Shown here: in pieces, positions 12,800-24,300 of the stretch
Position numbering within the stretch: position 1 is the stretch's first letter
Layout: each line of letters starts with the position of its first letter
DNA from: Octopus bimaculoides
Taxonomy: Eukaryota
Assembly: GCF_001194135.2 (NCBI RefSeq)
Contig: NC_068998.1
Coordinates: 10,342,731-10,387,212 of the forward strand
DNA length: 44,482 nucleotides
Reading direction: 5' to 3'
The notes under the pieces: model-generated
What the model was told of the DNA's origin: nothing
The model's database searches: none
The model's input: only the letters and a program-made list of their open reading frames with translations
Program-made: the position numbers and the translations under genes

Positions 12800-14020
12800 A
12801 AACTTATGTTAATTTGGTTACATATCTTCATATTCTGAGTTCAAATTTCGCAAAGGTTTAACTTTACTCTTCATGCTTCCAGTATTGATAAAATAAAGCA
12901 ATAATATGCAAGTGTTGAGTTCTAATAACATTTGAGAACACCCTTCTATATTTTTAATTCAGATCCTTTTGTGATCGAATTTACCATTCATCCTTCCATC
13001 ATCCTCAAAATAAAGTAATAGTGTACAAGCACAGGGGTTCAATGGTTTTTTTAATATCTCATTTTATCTTCAGAGTTTCAACCCATGCCAGTAGCCCAAC
13101 CCATGCCAACATGCAGCATAGACATTAACTGATAAGTTCAAATTATTCTGTGATTGACTTTACTTTGTATCTCTTCGAGGTCAATATTGTAAGCACTAGA
13201 GACCGAAATAACACGAGTGATAAATATTAAAGTTTCATTATGCAGTATTGCAAAAATGCAAAAAAAAAAGAACAACAACAATTCATCGTAATCAAACAGT
13301 ATACAGTGTGACTGCACAAAATACATGGTGTCACCGATAAGTTTCAGTAACAGACCATGATGGTTGACGTGTTAAGTTCTGAGTTTAAATTCCACTGAGG
13401 TTAAGTTTGTCTTTCATTTTTCTGGTGTTGATGAAATAAAGAATTAGTTAGGTACTGAGGTTAATATAACTGACTGCTCCCTCTCCTGCACAATTTCTAG
13501 TTTCATACCTTACCTACACAAGCTGTTGTTGCCAAGGGCTGTGGAGAGGCAGAGGTGTGGGTGGAGGGACACAATCAGTTGAATAGCAAGCAAAATACTC
13601 TAACATTTAGTTTCATCCCTGCTATATTCTGAGTTCAAATTCAGCTAAAGCTGACCTCTTTATGTTTCTGGGTGACAGGTATCAGTGAAATAAATGCTAA
13701 TCAAGAACTGGGATGGGAATATTTGATGTTAATGTTCTTTATTCTTCATGGAGAAATTTATGGCTCTGTTAGGAATCAGAAATCCTTCTCATTTTTGATT
13801 TTGTTGACTTTATTAATGTTTTTTTTTTATTGTTATTATCGTATATTATTTATTATTTAGCTTCTCTTCAGGAATGATATAGTTTACAAAGCTGGGGCAG
13901 AGATGACTTTTGAAAAACCTGCTGTAAAGGTTTCAGAAAAAATGAAAATACAATAATAATGAGATGATGATGATGATGATGATGATTATTATTATTGTTA
14001 TTATTATTATTATTATTATT

Positions 14021-14250
14021 GTGGCTGAATTGTTAGTGCACCAGACACAAACACTTAGCAGTATTCATCTGTCTTTATGTTCAAATTCCGCTGTGGTTGA
14101 CTTTACCTTTCGTCCTTTCAGGGTTGATGAAATAAGTACCAGCTGAGTACTGGGGTGCATATAATCATCTAGCCTTCTTCCTCCCCGTCCCCACCCCCAC
14201 AGAAAAGGTAAAGTTTCCAACCTTGTGACTATAAGTAGAAAGGATTATTA
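14021..14250 (+). mobile_element. tRNA-type SINE family A
   Basis: gctgaattgttag..ttcaaattcc..gactttacctttc.tccttt..aagtaccag..ctgggg..tagaaaggattatt. Further decayed copies lie near 13340-13700, 14401-14475, 9395-9530, 8960-9050 and 28680-28760. Confidence 0.7.
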
Positions 14251-16088
14251 TTATTATCATTATTGTGTGTTCTAACACAACATCCTACTTTAAGTGGTGT
14301 ATATTTCACCTTTGGGTGTTAATACTACCTCTGTTACTCTACAATTATAATTGTTATTATTTTATAATAATTATATAATTATCATTATTATAATTATTAA
14401 GGTGGCGAGCTGGAAGAATTGTTAGCTCACTGGACAAAAAGCTTCGTGGCATTTCTTTCGGCTTTTCATTCTCAGGCCATTTCTGATTGTCAATTATCAA
14501 AGTGGTTCCCCTGTTTTGTAAACTATACTATTCCAGAATAAGGGTGTTTATTTATTTCTTTATTTACTAATCAAACTTAGCTGGAAAGAGATTCTGAGCT
14601 TTTTTGCATGGCACTTTACTGACAATTAGAATCTACGTTAGTTCAATAAGCTCTCTCTATAAATTCTGTAGCAACTGATGGTTTGTATGTAAAAACAAAT
14701 ATCGCCTAATAATATTAATAATAATAATAATATTAACAGAACATAAAATTAAGATTTGGGTTTGATTTTTTTGAATATATACATTGCTTGTTTTATACTG
14801 CTTGTATATGTGTGTGCATACACTGGGCGTACCATGCATTTGGGAAAAAAAACAAAATGCAATGATAAACTTGACACCGAACAGTAAATGAAAAACAAAA
14901 GAAACACAAGATAGTGCTCAAAAATTTGTAAACATATTCAACTGGATACATCAAAGAGACAGGCCATTCAACAATACTGCCTTCATCCCTCAGGAATCCA
15001 TACAAGTGTCAGCAATGCCACATGCCATATCCATAAGGTAGTTCCCGATGAGTATTTGGCATTATAGGGCTTGTGCGTCTATGCACAAGCTGTAGATCAA
15101 GTGAACTAAGATTCCCTATAATGTTGAGTATCACATTATCACACAGTTCTCTCGGGTCTTTTGGGGCGGGGGGGCACAAACTGCCCTTGTATCATGTAAG
15201 ACTTGTATCTGACATCCTCGTGTGACACATGTCCATCTGTTTAGTTGACTCTGCCACCTTTGATCTGCTGCTTGCTGATGTCCTGAATTTCTTAGATGAA
15301 CTTGGTCATTGTGATGACACCAAACTACTGAAAAAGTTTTTGTTTTTCTTTATCAAGGATGGCATGTCCCTGCCAGAGGCTTCCACCTATTTCCAATTCC
15401 TGATCACAAATGACCCAGTCACATTCAGGAAGCTAGTGATCTCCAAGTTACTGTGGTTGGTGACCAAAGGCATAATACTTGACTTCCTTTGCATTTCCTC
15501 TGTCAAACTGCAATCTGTCATGTTGGTGCTGTTGATACATTTACATCTGAAGGAGTAACATTAAGCAATGTTGTCTAATATTTTTAGATCTCCTTCCATT
15601 TATAGTTTGTTTGCGAATATACACAAAAGCAGCAGTAACAACAACTACTACAAACATTAAGCCCTTTTTCCCTGCTAAAGGAGAGGTTAGCCAGTGGTCC
15701 ATACCACAGTCTTCTTATTGTATTCATTATGGTTCTCTTTTTGTGGCTATGTGATTTATGGCTGGATGTTCTTCTTGTCATTAACCCCTTTAGTCACCTC
15801 TTATAACATCATGCAGGGATACAGTGTGCCTATTCTAAATCTAGGATGCAAAGTGCCTATTCTTATCTAGGATACACTATCTGAAAAATCAACAGGATGG
15901 CCATAATTGAAATGCTTTTAGTCATATCATCAGCTCTTTCTCTTTTTGAGGCAATAATTTACACTTGGATGCCTTTGCTGTCTCTAACCCTTTTTGTCAC
16001 CTTTCGCAATAATATGCAAGGATACAGTGCAACAACTGTAAACCTGAGTACACATGAACACATACACATGCATGTGTTGTTTATATTC

Positions 16089-16168
<80 letters not shown>

Positions 16169-16249
16169 ATTGAAAAATTGGTTTGTATGTTCCATTCTCT
16201 TTTGGTTACTCAAAATATTTAATATTTGTACAAAACTCATACTGGTAAT

Positions 16250-16301
16250 CTTGTATTGCTTTCTTGTATTGCTTTCTTGTATTGCTTTCTTGTATTGCTT
16301 T
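16250..16301. repeat. 13-bp minisatellite cttgtattgcttt x4
   Basis: Four exact tandem copies. Confidence 0.95.
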
Positions 16302-17299
16302 TCTTTGTCTCTTTTGCTCTTCGTTAACAATACTCATCTGAAGTAGTTCATTACTCAATGAAACAACCACGTCAATCATTCATTCATTGTTTGCTTCAAG
16401 TTTTTCTTTTTGTTTTAATTTTGTTGTTACGTTTTTTTTTCTAGAAAGTTGGTAATTGCTGGTAGTTTAGCTGATTTAATTTGAAATACTTAGTGGAGTT
16501 TTATATTAAATAAATTGCTTAATTGCCAATATATTTTGGGGGTAATGAATTTTGTCATTTTGACTTTCAAAAAAAATTTTAAAAATAATAAATAAATAAA
16601 TAAATAATTAGTAAAAATTCTAATGAAAGTGTTTTAAATGACATTGTTTTGAATTTTGAAATTAAAATACGAAATTTAGGTAAATAAAAAAAATTTAAGA
16701 ATTGAAATATAATGTACAGAAATAAATATATCTTTACACACACGCACACACACACACATCTTCTCCGTGACTTACAACCATCCACTCTTACAACCACATA
16801 AAATAAACGTAGTTTTTACAAACATATTCAAGATGCTGTGCATTGTTATCGTAAGATACATGAGGAAAAAAAGACAAAAAAACTATTCCAACAAACCTTA
16901 CCATGTTCCTGAAAGAACCATCTATTTCAATCCAAGAACATGACTGTGAAGATTAAAAATCTATTTTCAGTTGCTCTTTTTTTCACAGGAACATTTTTTT
17001 TTATTGTATGTATGTGGAATTTCATTTGTATTAATTTTTACGTTAATTTTAGCTTGTATTTTTGTATATAGTACAGTAGAGTACATATTGTGTATTTTTC
17101 ACATTATGTACAATAATTATGGATTAAATTTTTGTGGTTTATACTTTTATAACCCGTTTGAATGAAAATAGTGTTGAAAAATATAAATCCGACATACGAC
17201 CAGAACAACTCACGACCTGTCAGTTGGAATTGACCTTGGTCATGAGTCGAGGACAAGGTGTATACATAATATATATATACACATATATATAATCTCTGA

Positions 17300-17585
17300 C
17301 ACTCATACACTCATAACTAGTTCGTCAATTATGATGAGGGTTCCAGTGAAATTAACATGCGAGTGGCTGAGCACTCCACAAACAAACACAGATCTTAGGG
17401 AGATTCAGTGTGACACAGAATGTGACGAGGCTGGCCCTTTTGAATTACTGGTACAACTCAGGTACAGCTGAGTGGACCGGAGCAATGTGAAACAGTGTCT
17501 TGGTCAAGGACACACTGCACCACTATGAATTGAACTCGTGACATTATGATTGTGACCCAAATATCCTAACCACTAAGCCATGTGC
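17300..17585 (-). mobile_element. SINE family C, reverse orientation
   Basis: cagctgagtggac.ggagcaatgtgaaa..gtgtcttg.tcaaggacac..cctaaccactaagcca is the reverse complement of the family C head. Confidence 0.7.
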
Positions 17586-17764
17586 CTTCAGACATATACA
17601 CAATGCATAGTTTTCATCAAGCATCATGTAGAAATATTGAAACTACAATTCTTTATCATATGCCAATCAACATTTGTCATTATCAATCTGCCAACACACT
17701 CACATGTATAAAGTTTGTATACTTTTCATTATGCATGACATTTATAAACACGGAAACTATATAA

Positions 17765-17817
17765 ATCTCTCTCTTTCTCTCTCTCTCTTTCTCTCTCTCT
17801 CTTTCTCTCTCTCTCTT

Positions 17818-17898
<81 letters not shown>
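17765..17898. repeat. (CT)n microsatellite
   Basis: Direct reading. Confidence 0.95.
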
Positions 17899-17901
<3 letters not shown>

Positions 17902-18000
17902 GTAAGAAGTTTGCTTCCTAACCACATGGTTCCAGCTTCACTCCCACTTGTGAGTGGATTTGGTAGCAGGAAACTGAAAGAAGCCCATCAAATATTTGTG
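17897..18000 (+). mobile_element. SINE family B head after a (CT)n tract
   Basis: ctgtggtaagaagtttgcttcctaaccacatggttcc..ggaaactgaaagaagccc. Confidence 0.7.
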
Positions 18001-18007
18001 TGAATGC

Positions 18008-18250
18008 AAGTGGCCTAATGTTTCAGCTGTTGCAGTCATGATCGCAACGTCATGGTTTTGATTCCCAGATTGGGTGATACACTGTGCTCTTGAGCAAAAC
18101 ACTTCATTTCACATTACTCTGCTGTTACTTCAGCATCTGATTTGATGGAGAGAATGAGCTAACACACAGCACAAACATTCGATTGCTATAAACAAATCAT
18201 CTGCACAGGTTGTTTCAGCAAGAAGTTACAGAACACTCATCCGTTGTCTC
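18008..18250 (+). mobile_element. SINE family C-related copy with a different 3' part
   Basis: Head and tgtgctcttgagcaaaacacttcatttc block shared with family C. Confidence 0.55.
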
Positions 18251-18462
18251 TGTTAGATTACACAAAATAAATACACATACACACGCATATATCACATAGG
18301 CATATATACATATGTGTGTATATATATATATATAAAATCAGTTACATAAGAAAATGCGTAACATAAATGAAGGAAACTGAAGCATTAGTTTGCTAGTCTA
18401 ACTAGAAAGTACTGATTAACTAACAGAATGATAACAACTTAATGATGATGATAATAATAATA

Positions 18463-18493
<31 letters not shown>

Positions 18494-18733
18494 TAATAAT
18501 AATTATCTGACTCCAACTGGAAACTGTATATAATTAACAAAAACTAAATGTATAAATATAATTAAATTCTATCAGTTGGTATTTGCATTTGTTTTGTATT
18601 ATTTTTTGGCTTTTCTTTATGGATTTTTTAAATTAAATTATTGTTACTTTTTATAAGAACGCTTTCTTATATAAACTGAATCCTTTGACTAACATATATA
18701 ATTTTTTTTTTTTAAATTTTGTTTTCTTTTTAG

Positions 18734-18761
18734 ACCGGACAGAAACCGAGTAAGAAGCCAG
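18734..18761 (+). CDS. ITSN: 28-nt intersectin microexon (TGQKPSKKP + G of Glu)
   Basis: Acceptor ttttgttttctttttag|, donor CAG|gtgggt. Phase 0-1 links SH3C to SH3D and restores the KKPEIA motif that precedes ITSN SH3D. Confidence 0.88.
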
Positions 18762-18904
18762 GTGGGTCTCTCTTTGTTTAATCAAACACTGTAGAATATT
18801 TTTATCTTATTCTTTTCAAATTTCTCTTACGAATATTTGGGTATTTTTCTCTATTAACAATGTTGAAATAATTAGAGCATGTAGTAATTTGAAAGTCTAA
18901 TTCT

Positions 18905-18943
<39 letters not shown>

Positions 18944-18974
18944 ATGTATATATGTGTGTATGCACACAAACACA

Positions 18975-19205
18975 TATCTTTGTGTCTGTGTTTTTCCCTC
19001 ACCACCACTTGATAACCGGTGTTGATGTGTTTATGTCCTGGTAACTTAGCAGTTCGGCAAAAGAGACCGATAGAATAAGTACTGGGCTTAACAAAAAAAC
19101 AAGTACTGGGGTTGATTCATTCAATTAAAACAAATTGTCCGAGGTGGTGCCCCAGCATGGCCGCAGTCTAATGACTGAAACAGGCAAAAGGTGAACGATA
19201 AAAGA
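18975..19205 (+). mobile_element. SINE family B, 3' half
   Basis: Collinear with 24047-24300. Confidence 0.75.
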
Positions 19206-20300
19206 TATTTCACTGATGCTGACTGGAATCACCAATGATCATAAATATTTATTCAAAGAGTCAAAGAATGGGAGAGGAACAATCTAAAGGGACTTTCAGG
19301 GTTATGCTGGAAAGCGCAGCTAAACTGTATAATATTATTCTAGGAGGAAGTGTATTTGGGTAAACAGTGAAATGTTTTAACACTGGATAATAAATTAAAG
19401 TCATGTAAGAAGATAAAAGGAGGTCAAATCATAAAGTAGGTTGAAATTAGTGAAAGCAACTGTACCGTAAAGAAGATATTGGGAAGTATGAAAACAGACT
19501 AAAAAATAACACACCTCAAAAGATTGCTGGTTTTCTTGGTGTTTTTTTTTCCACAGAGTTTCTTTACCTGTACATATTACACATACACACACGTGTATAT
19601 CCAATTACATGATTGGCTTTCACTTAGTTTTCGTCTACCAGTCAGATGCATTCACAAGGCATTTCCCCCACTTAATGGTCCTCGCCTCTTCTAATGATTA
19701 AATGCTGTGGCTGGTGCATTACTGAGCCAGAATCAGCAATTCTAACCTCCAATTCAGCTTCTTGCTTTTCGTCACTTATGAAACTAAGAAAAAATCTTTT
19801 TAAAGCAATAAAAACATTTGACTGCTGTTTCCAACAAGTCAAGCAACCATGTAGAGGTTAAAAAAACCATATGATTCAACATTTTATGCAAAAATGTGAA
19901 TTTGAAGAATTATTCAACCTCTTTTATAATATATTTTGTAATATAGAACTAAAGTATTAAAATGTATGCATATTAATGTGTGTATATTCATAAATAATTA
20001 TATACCCACATATATAATTATGCAGGCATATTCATAAACACATCTATTTATACACATTTCTCTTTTTCTTGATACACACACACACACGTATATATGTACA
20101 CAAATGCACATCTGTTTGTCTATCTACACACATGCACACACATTTGTCTATACACACACATTTGTCTATACATATACACAGTTATATACCTATATGTGTG
20201 TGTGTGTTCCTTGTAATCATCAAAGCTATATTTTTTCTTGCTAATTTTTTTTTCCACCCTTCACCTGAATAATTATCAGTTTACTTGTCTTCAATTTCAG

Positions 20301-20422
20301 AAATTGCTTCCGTAATTGCCAGTTATACTGCGACTGGCCCTGAGCAACTGTCCCTGCAGCCAGGCCAGTTGATACAGGTGCGCAAGAAGAGTCAAAGTGG
20401 CTGGTGGGAAGGTGAATTGCAG
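20301..20422 (+). CDS. ITSN: Intersectin SH3D, first half ([41 protein letters not shown])
   Basis: Acceptor tcaatttcag|, donor CAG|gtaaga. Near-identical to ITSN1 SH3D ([41 protein letters not shown]). Confidence 0.97.
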
Positions 20423-20834
20423 GTAAGACAATAGTTATATTTGAAGCATTAGCAGATTGAGAGTCGGTGAATGGCCTAGTGTAAAGTGGTTGGCATTGGG
20501 AAGGACATCCAGCCATAGAAACTATGCCAAAGAAGGCAGTGAAGCTTGGCGCACACCTTGGCTTGCCAGCTCCTATCAAACTGTTCAGCCCAGGGCTTTG
20601 TGGAGAATGGTCATGAAATGGTGCTGATAACACTATGTAATTGAGATACTGGAAGAGATGTGTTGTAGTCTTCTTGTTTAATCCATGTTAGTTTAGAAGA
20701 AGAGAAAATAAATGAATTTAAAATACATGCTAAACATAGTGATGCTGCTGTTACTGTTAATTAGCCCCAAATTAACTCTGGTCCAGCAGACCTCTAACCA
20801 AAGGCTCACTCTCCCAGTGCTGTTTCCTTTCATT

Positions 20835-21120
20835 TACTTCTGGAACATCCTTTGGATGAGACGGCAAGACAGACTTGCAAACAAAGCCTTGTGAAAAAAT
20901 GGTGAATCAGCTACCTATTGAAACCCAGATCAAGAAGACACCCAAGGGGAACTTTTGCTTCCAACATTACAAGGTAAGCTCTCTAATGGATACTCCAAGG
21001 GAGATGGAAGCATGACAGACCAAAAGTAATATGGTGAAGGTCCATTGAAACTGAAGCACTGGCAGATGGTGACAGTGAGGGACAACTGCAATGGACTGTC
21101 AGAGATTGAGATCGAGTGTT
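20835..21120 (+). mobile_element. Decayed RTE-clade LINE 3' fragment
   Basis: Frameshifted NILWMRRQDRLANKAL*/MVNQLPIETQIKK/NITR*AL*WILQGRWKHDRPKVIW*RSIE resembles RTE RILRI.W.D.ISN..LW..NQLP.E.EI.KR..ITRQAL.WNP.G.RKRGRPK.TW.R. Confidence 0.6.
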
Positions 21121-21426
21121 TACTCCACATAGACTCAAAGGATTTATCAACATTCACCTGTGTGTGTCCTTCCTTTTTTTGTAAGATGGTGAGATGTGAT
21201 TTGAGGAGGTTGGGCTGCTACTTTTAACAGGTCAAGCAACAGTGTAGACACTTCTTCAGTGTGTGGCTGAAAGGGTACAGGGGCAATAATAATGACCACC
21301 AGTGAAAGATATTCAGGAAGAAAGTATGGAAATAAGAAGGTAGACTTAATGTATGTATTTACCGACATTTTCATTGCTAAATGCTTTTAATAAATTTCTT
21401 TCTGCTTTTTTGTTCTCTTTTTACAG

Positions 21427-21555
21427 GCCCGCGGTCAAAAAAGAAAGATGGGTTGGTTTCCTGCAAATTATGTGAAACTGCTTGGCTCCTCTAGTGCACG
21501 ATCAACTCCTGATCACCATCAAGGGATGTCTCCTAGCCCTCAGCTGCAGACCATG
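21427..21555 (+). CDS. ITSN: Intersectin SH3D second half plus linker ([43 protein letters not shown])
   Basis: Acceptor ttctcttttttacag|, donor ATG|gtatgc. Matches [23 protein letters not shown]. 129 nt, phase 0-0. Confidence 0.95.
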
Positions 21556-21984
21556 GTATGCTATAGCATAACATGTCATTTCTTGATAATACTTTGTTGA
21601 TCTATTTGCAGTTTTGTTATGTCTGCATGGAACATTATCCTTTTTTAAAATCATGTCTAATGTATTAGAATTTGGGGATCATTTTTTTTCTCCATTGTTT
21701 AGAATTTTTATCAAAGTTTCTTGCACGAAATTTTCTCTGCTGCCTGTCATATTTTCCTGGATCTGTTGATATCAAACGGAAGTTAAAAGCACAAACAGAA
21801 GATCATCTTTGTAAATACTGTTTAAAATGTTTATGTCAGTATTCATTACAAAATACATGGCCTAACATTCTGTGAAAAGCTTCCCTGGGAAGTTCACATT
21901 CAAATTTGCCTCTGAAGGTTGAATTTCCACTTAATGACTGGCAGACACTTTGGCCAACAATAGCTGTTAACCCTCACTAAGTAT

Positions 21985-22022
<38 letters not shown>

Positions 22023-22672
22023 TGCAGCTCTAGTAGCCGGAAAAGATTCCAATCAAGAATTGAAATGTTCATTTGTAGCTGTTTCCTGTTTTTCTGTCCA
22101 TGAACAAATTAAGTTGATACATTGTTTACATTCATTGTAACATGTGGTGTTGACTTACAAATCTATACTTATTCTCTGTAGTACATTATAGCAATTAACT
22201 GAAACACTAGTATGAGGCAGTCTTTGGCCCATCGGATCCTGTCAAATCATTCATCTCAAAACAATACTAAATTCAGACGCAAACTTTCACCTTCCGTAGT
22301 TATTGTTCTAACTATCATATGAAATATCTACTGGATAAACAGACACACTGATATAGTGGAACACTGAAAATTCAGTTAAGTCACCATGTGACCATCCTCA
22401 ACTAATGAAGTGGTTTGAACCACGTTCTCTCTATAAAAGCAAGCAATTTTTAGAGCAATGACCTGAAAAGACAGTTTGTGACACACTTTTGGAAACCAGT
22501 TGTGAACCCAGTTAAATGCATGTGTATGTGTGAATGAGTAAAATATTCGAATGTTTACATTCGAAATAAGATGTTACTATTGTTAATATTATCTGTGGTG
22601 AATATTTTTAATTGATAATTTTAACAGTGGTAACACAGGCGGTTCATAAGTTTAATAGCATTATATAGCCAT

Positions 22673-22707
<35 letters not shown>

Positions 22708-22910
22708 CTTTATTTAAAAGCAGCAGAAATATAACAAAAAAAACCGTTACTCTGAGTTTCCCGTTCATCGGACAGTTTTGTTAGAGTAACGTTTTTTTTT
22801 GTTTTTTTGTTATATTTCTGCTGCTTTTAAATAAAGCATATTACTCTACTTCTGGTATTTGAGTACTCTTTTTTCCACCTTGTTGCACATTTCATGTGCT
22901 TACTCCGGTA
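22708..22910 (-). mobile_element. Inverted-repeat element, possibly a Penelope-like pLTR or retrozyme remnant
   Basis: Arms 22708-22753 and 22783-22836 include a 35-bp perfect inverted repeat plus a 9-bp inner stem. It encloses the hammerhead-like motif and is flanked by (TA)n tracts. Confidence 0.45.
22740..22779 (-). ncRNA. Minimal type I hammerhead-ribozyme-like motif
   Basis: Minus strand reads AAAACUGU-CCGAUGA-ACGG-GAAA-CUCAGAG-UA-ACGGUUUU: 8-bp stem I (one G-U pair), core with U4-to-C change, collapsed stem II, palindromic stem III ACUC(A)GAGU, and a GUA cleavage triplet. Confidence 0.5.
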
Positions 22911-22940
22911 TATATATATATATATATATANNNNNNNNNN

Positions 22941-22994
<54 letters not shown>

Positions 22995-23109
22995 GTGTGT
23001 GTTTGTGTGCATGAGAGTATATAATAAAATTTAAATAATCTTCATATATTCTATGTCCATTTTTGAATTTCTTCTGTGCTACAATTTGTTTGTTTTAGTA
23101 ACAGTTCAT

Positions 23110-23551
23110 TCATATCATCGTCATAGTTTAACGTCTGCTTTCCATGCTAGCATGGGTTGGACGATTTGACTGAGGACTGGTGAACCAGATGGCTGCACCA
23201 GGCTCCAATCTGATCTGGCAGAGTTTCTACAGCTGGATGCCCTTCCTAACGCCAACCACTCCGAGAGTGTAGTGGGTGCTTTTACGTGCCACCGGCATGA
23301 GGGCCAGTCAGGCGGTACTGGCAATGGCCACGCTCAAATGGTGATTTTTACGTGCCACCTGCACAGGAGCCACTCCAGTGGCACTGGCAATGACCTCGTT
23401 CGAATGTTTTTTTGTGCCACCAGCACAAGTGCCAGTAAGGCAATGCTGGTAACGATTACGCTCAAATGGGGCTTTTCATGTGTCACTGGCACGGGAGCCA
23501 GACGGCTGCTCTAGCAATGATCAAGCTCGGATGGTGCGGTTAGTTTGTTAT
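23110..23551 (-). mobile_element. Interspersed repeat with (GAT)n tail (SINE/LINE 3' end), with internal tandem ttttacgtgccacc units
   Basis: gtttaacgtctgctttccatgctagcatgggttggacg..; reverse complement of 26169-26310. Confidence 0.8.
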
Positions 23552-24046
23552 NNNNNNNNNNNNNNNNNNNNNNNNNNNNNNNNNNNNNNNNNNNNNNNNN
23601 NNNNNNNNNNNNNNNNNNNNNNNNNNNNNNNNNNNNNNNNNNNNNNNNNNNNNNNNNNNNNNNNNNNNNNNNNNNNNNNNNNNNNNNNNNNNNNNNNNNN
23701 NNNNNNNNNNNNNNNNNNNNNNNNNNNNNNNNNNNNNNNNNNNNNNNNNNNNNNNNNNNNNNNNNNNNNNNNNNNNNNNNNNNNNNNNNNNNNNNNNNNN
23801 NNNNNNNNNNNNNNNNNNNNNNNNNNNNNNNNNNNNNNNNNNNNNNNNNNNNNNNNNNNNNNNNNNNNNNNNNNNNNNNNNNNNNNNNNNNNNNNNNNNN
23901 NNNNNNNNNNNNNNNNNNNNNNNNNNNNNNNNNNNNNNNNNNNNNNNNNNNNNNNNNNNNNNNNNNNNNNNNNNNNNNNNNNNNNNNNNNNNNNNNNNNN
24001 NNNNNNNNNNNNNNNNNNNNNNNNNNNNNNNNNNNNNNNNNNNNNN

Positions 24047-24087
<41 letters not shown>

Positions 24088-24300
24088 ATGTTTGTGTGTC
24101 TGTGTTTGTCCCCCCCCCCCAACATCGCTTGACAACCGATGCTGGTGTGTTTACGTCCTGTCACTTAGCGGTTCAGCAAGAGACGAATAGAATAAGTACT
24201 AGGCTTACAAAGAATAAGTCCTGGGGTCAATTCGCTCGACTAAAGGCGGCGCTCCAGAATGGCTGCAGTCAAATGACTGAAACAAATAAACGAATAAAGA
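24047..24300 (+). mobile_element. SINE family B, 3' half (5' half probably in the gap)
   Basis: aacatcgcttgacaaccgatgctggtgtg..gaataagtactaggcttac..gactgaaacaa. Confidence 0.8.

Noticed and set aside
13074-13133. Acceptor-like site followed by EFQPMPVAQPMPTC
   Set aside because: No donor before the stop. The caacccatgcca repeats are a decayed copy of the (GAT)n-tailed repeat end.
13861-13929. Possible exon LLFRNDIVYKAGAEMTFEKPAVK with AAG|gtttca
   Set aside because: Weak donor, ambiguous acceptor, and no similarity to ITSN that I recognise.
14203-14207. 5-nt AAAAG between cccccacag| and |gtaaag, phase 1-0, which could bridge the 8493 exon to the microexon
   Set aside because: It lies inside a SINE family A tail, and the 8493 exon already joins SH3D in frame without it. 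Only junction reads could revive it.
15000-15560. 109-aa + strand ORF and a coding-looking minus frame
   Set aside because: No recognisable motif, and the minus frame has stops at about random frequency. Unclassifiable by eye.
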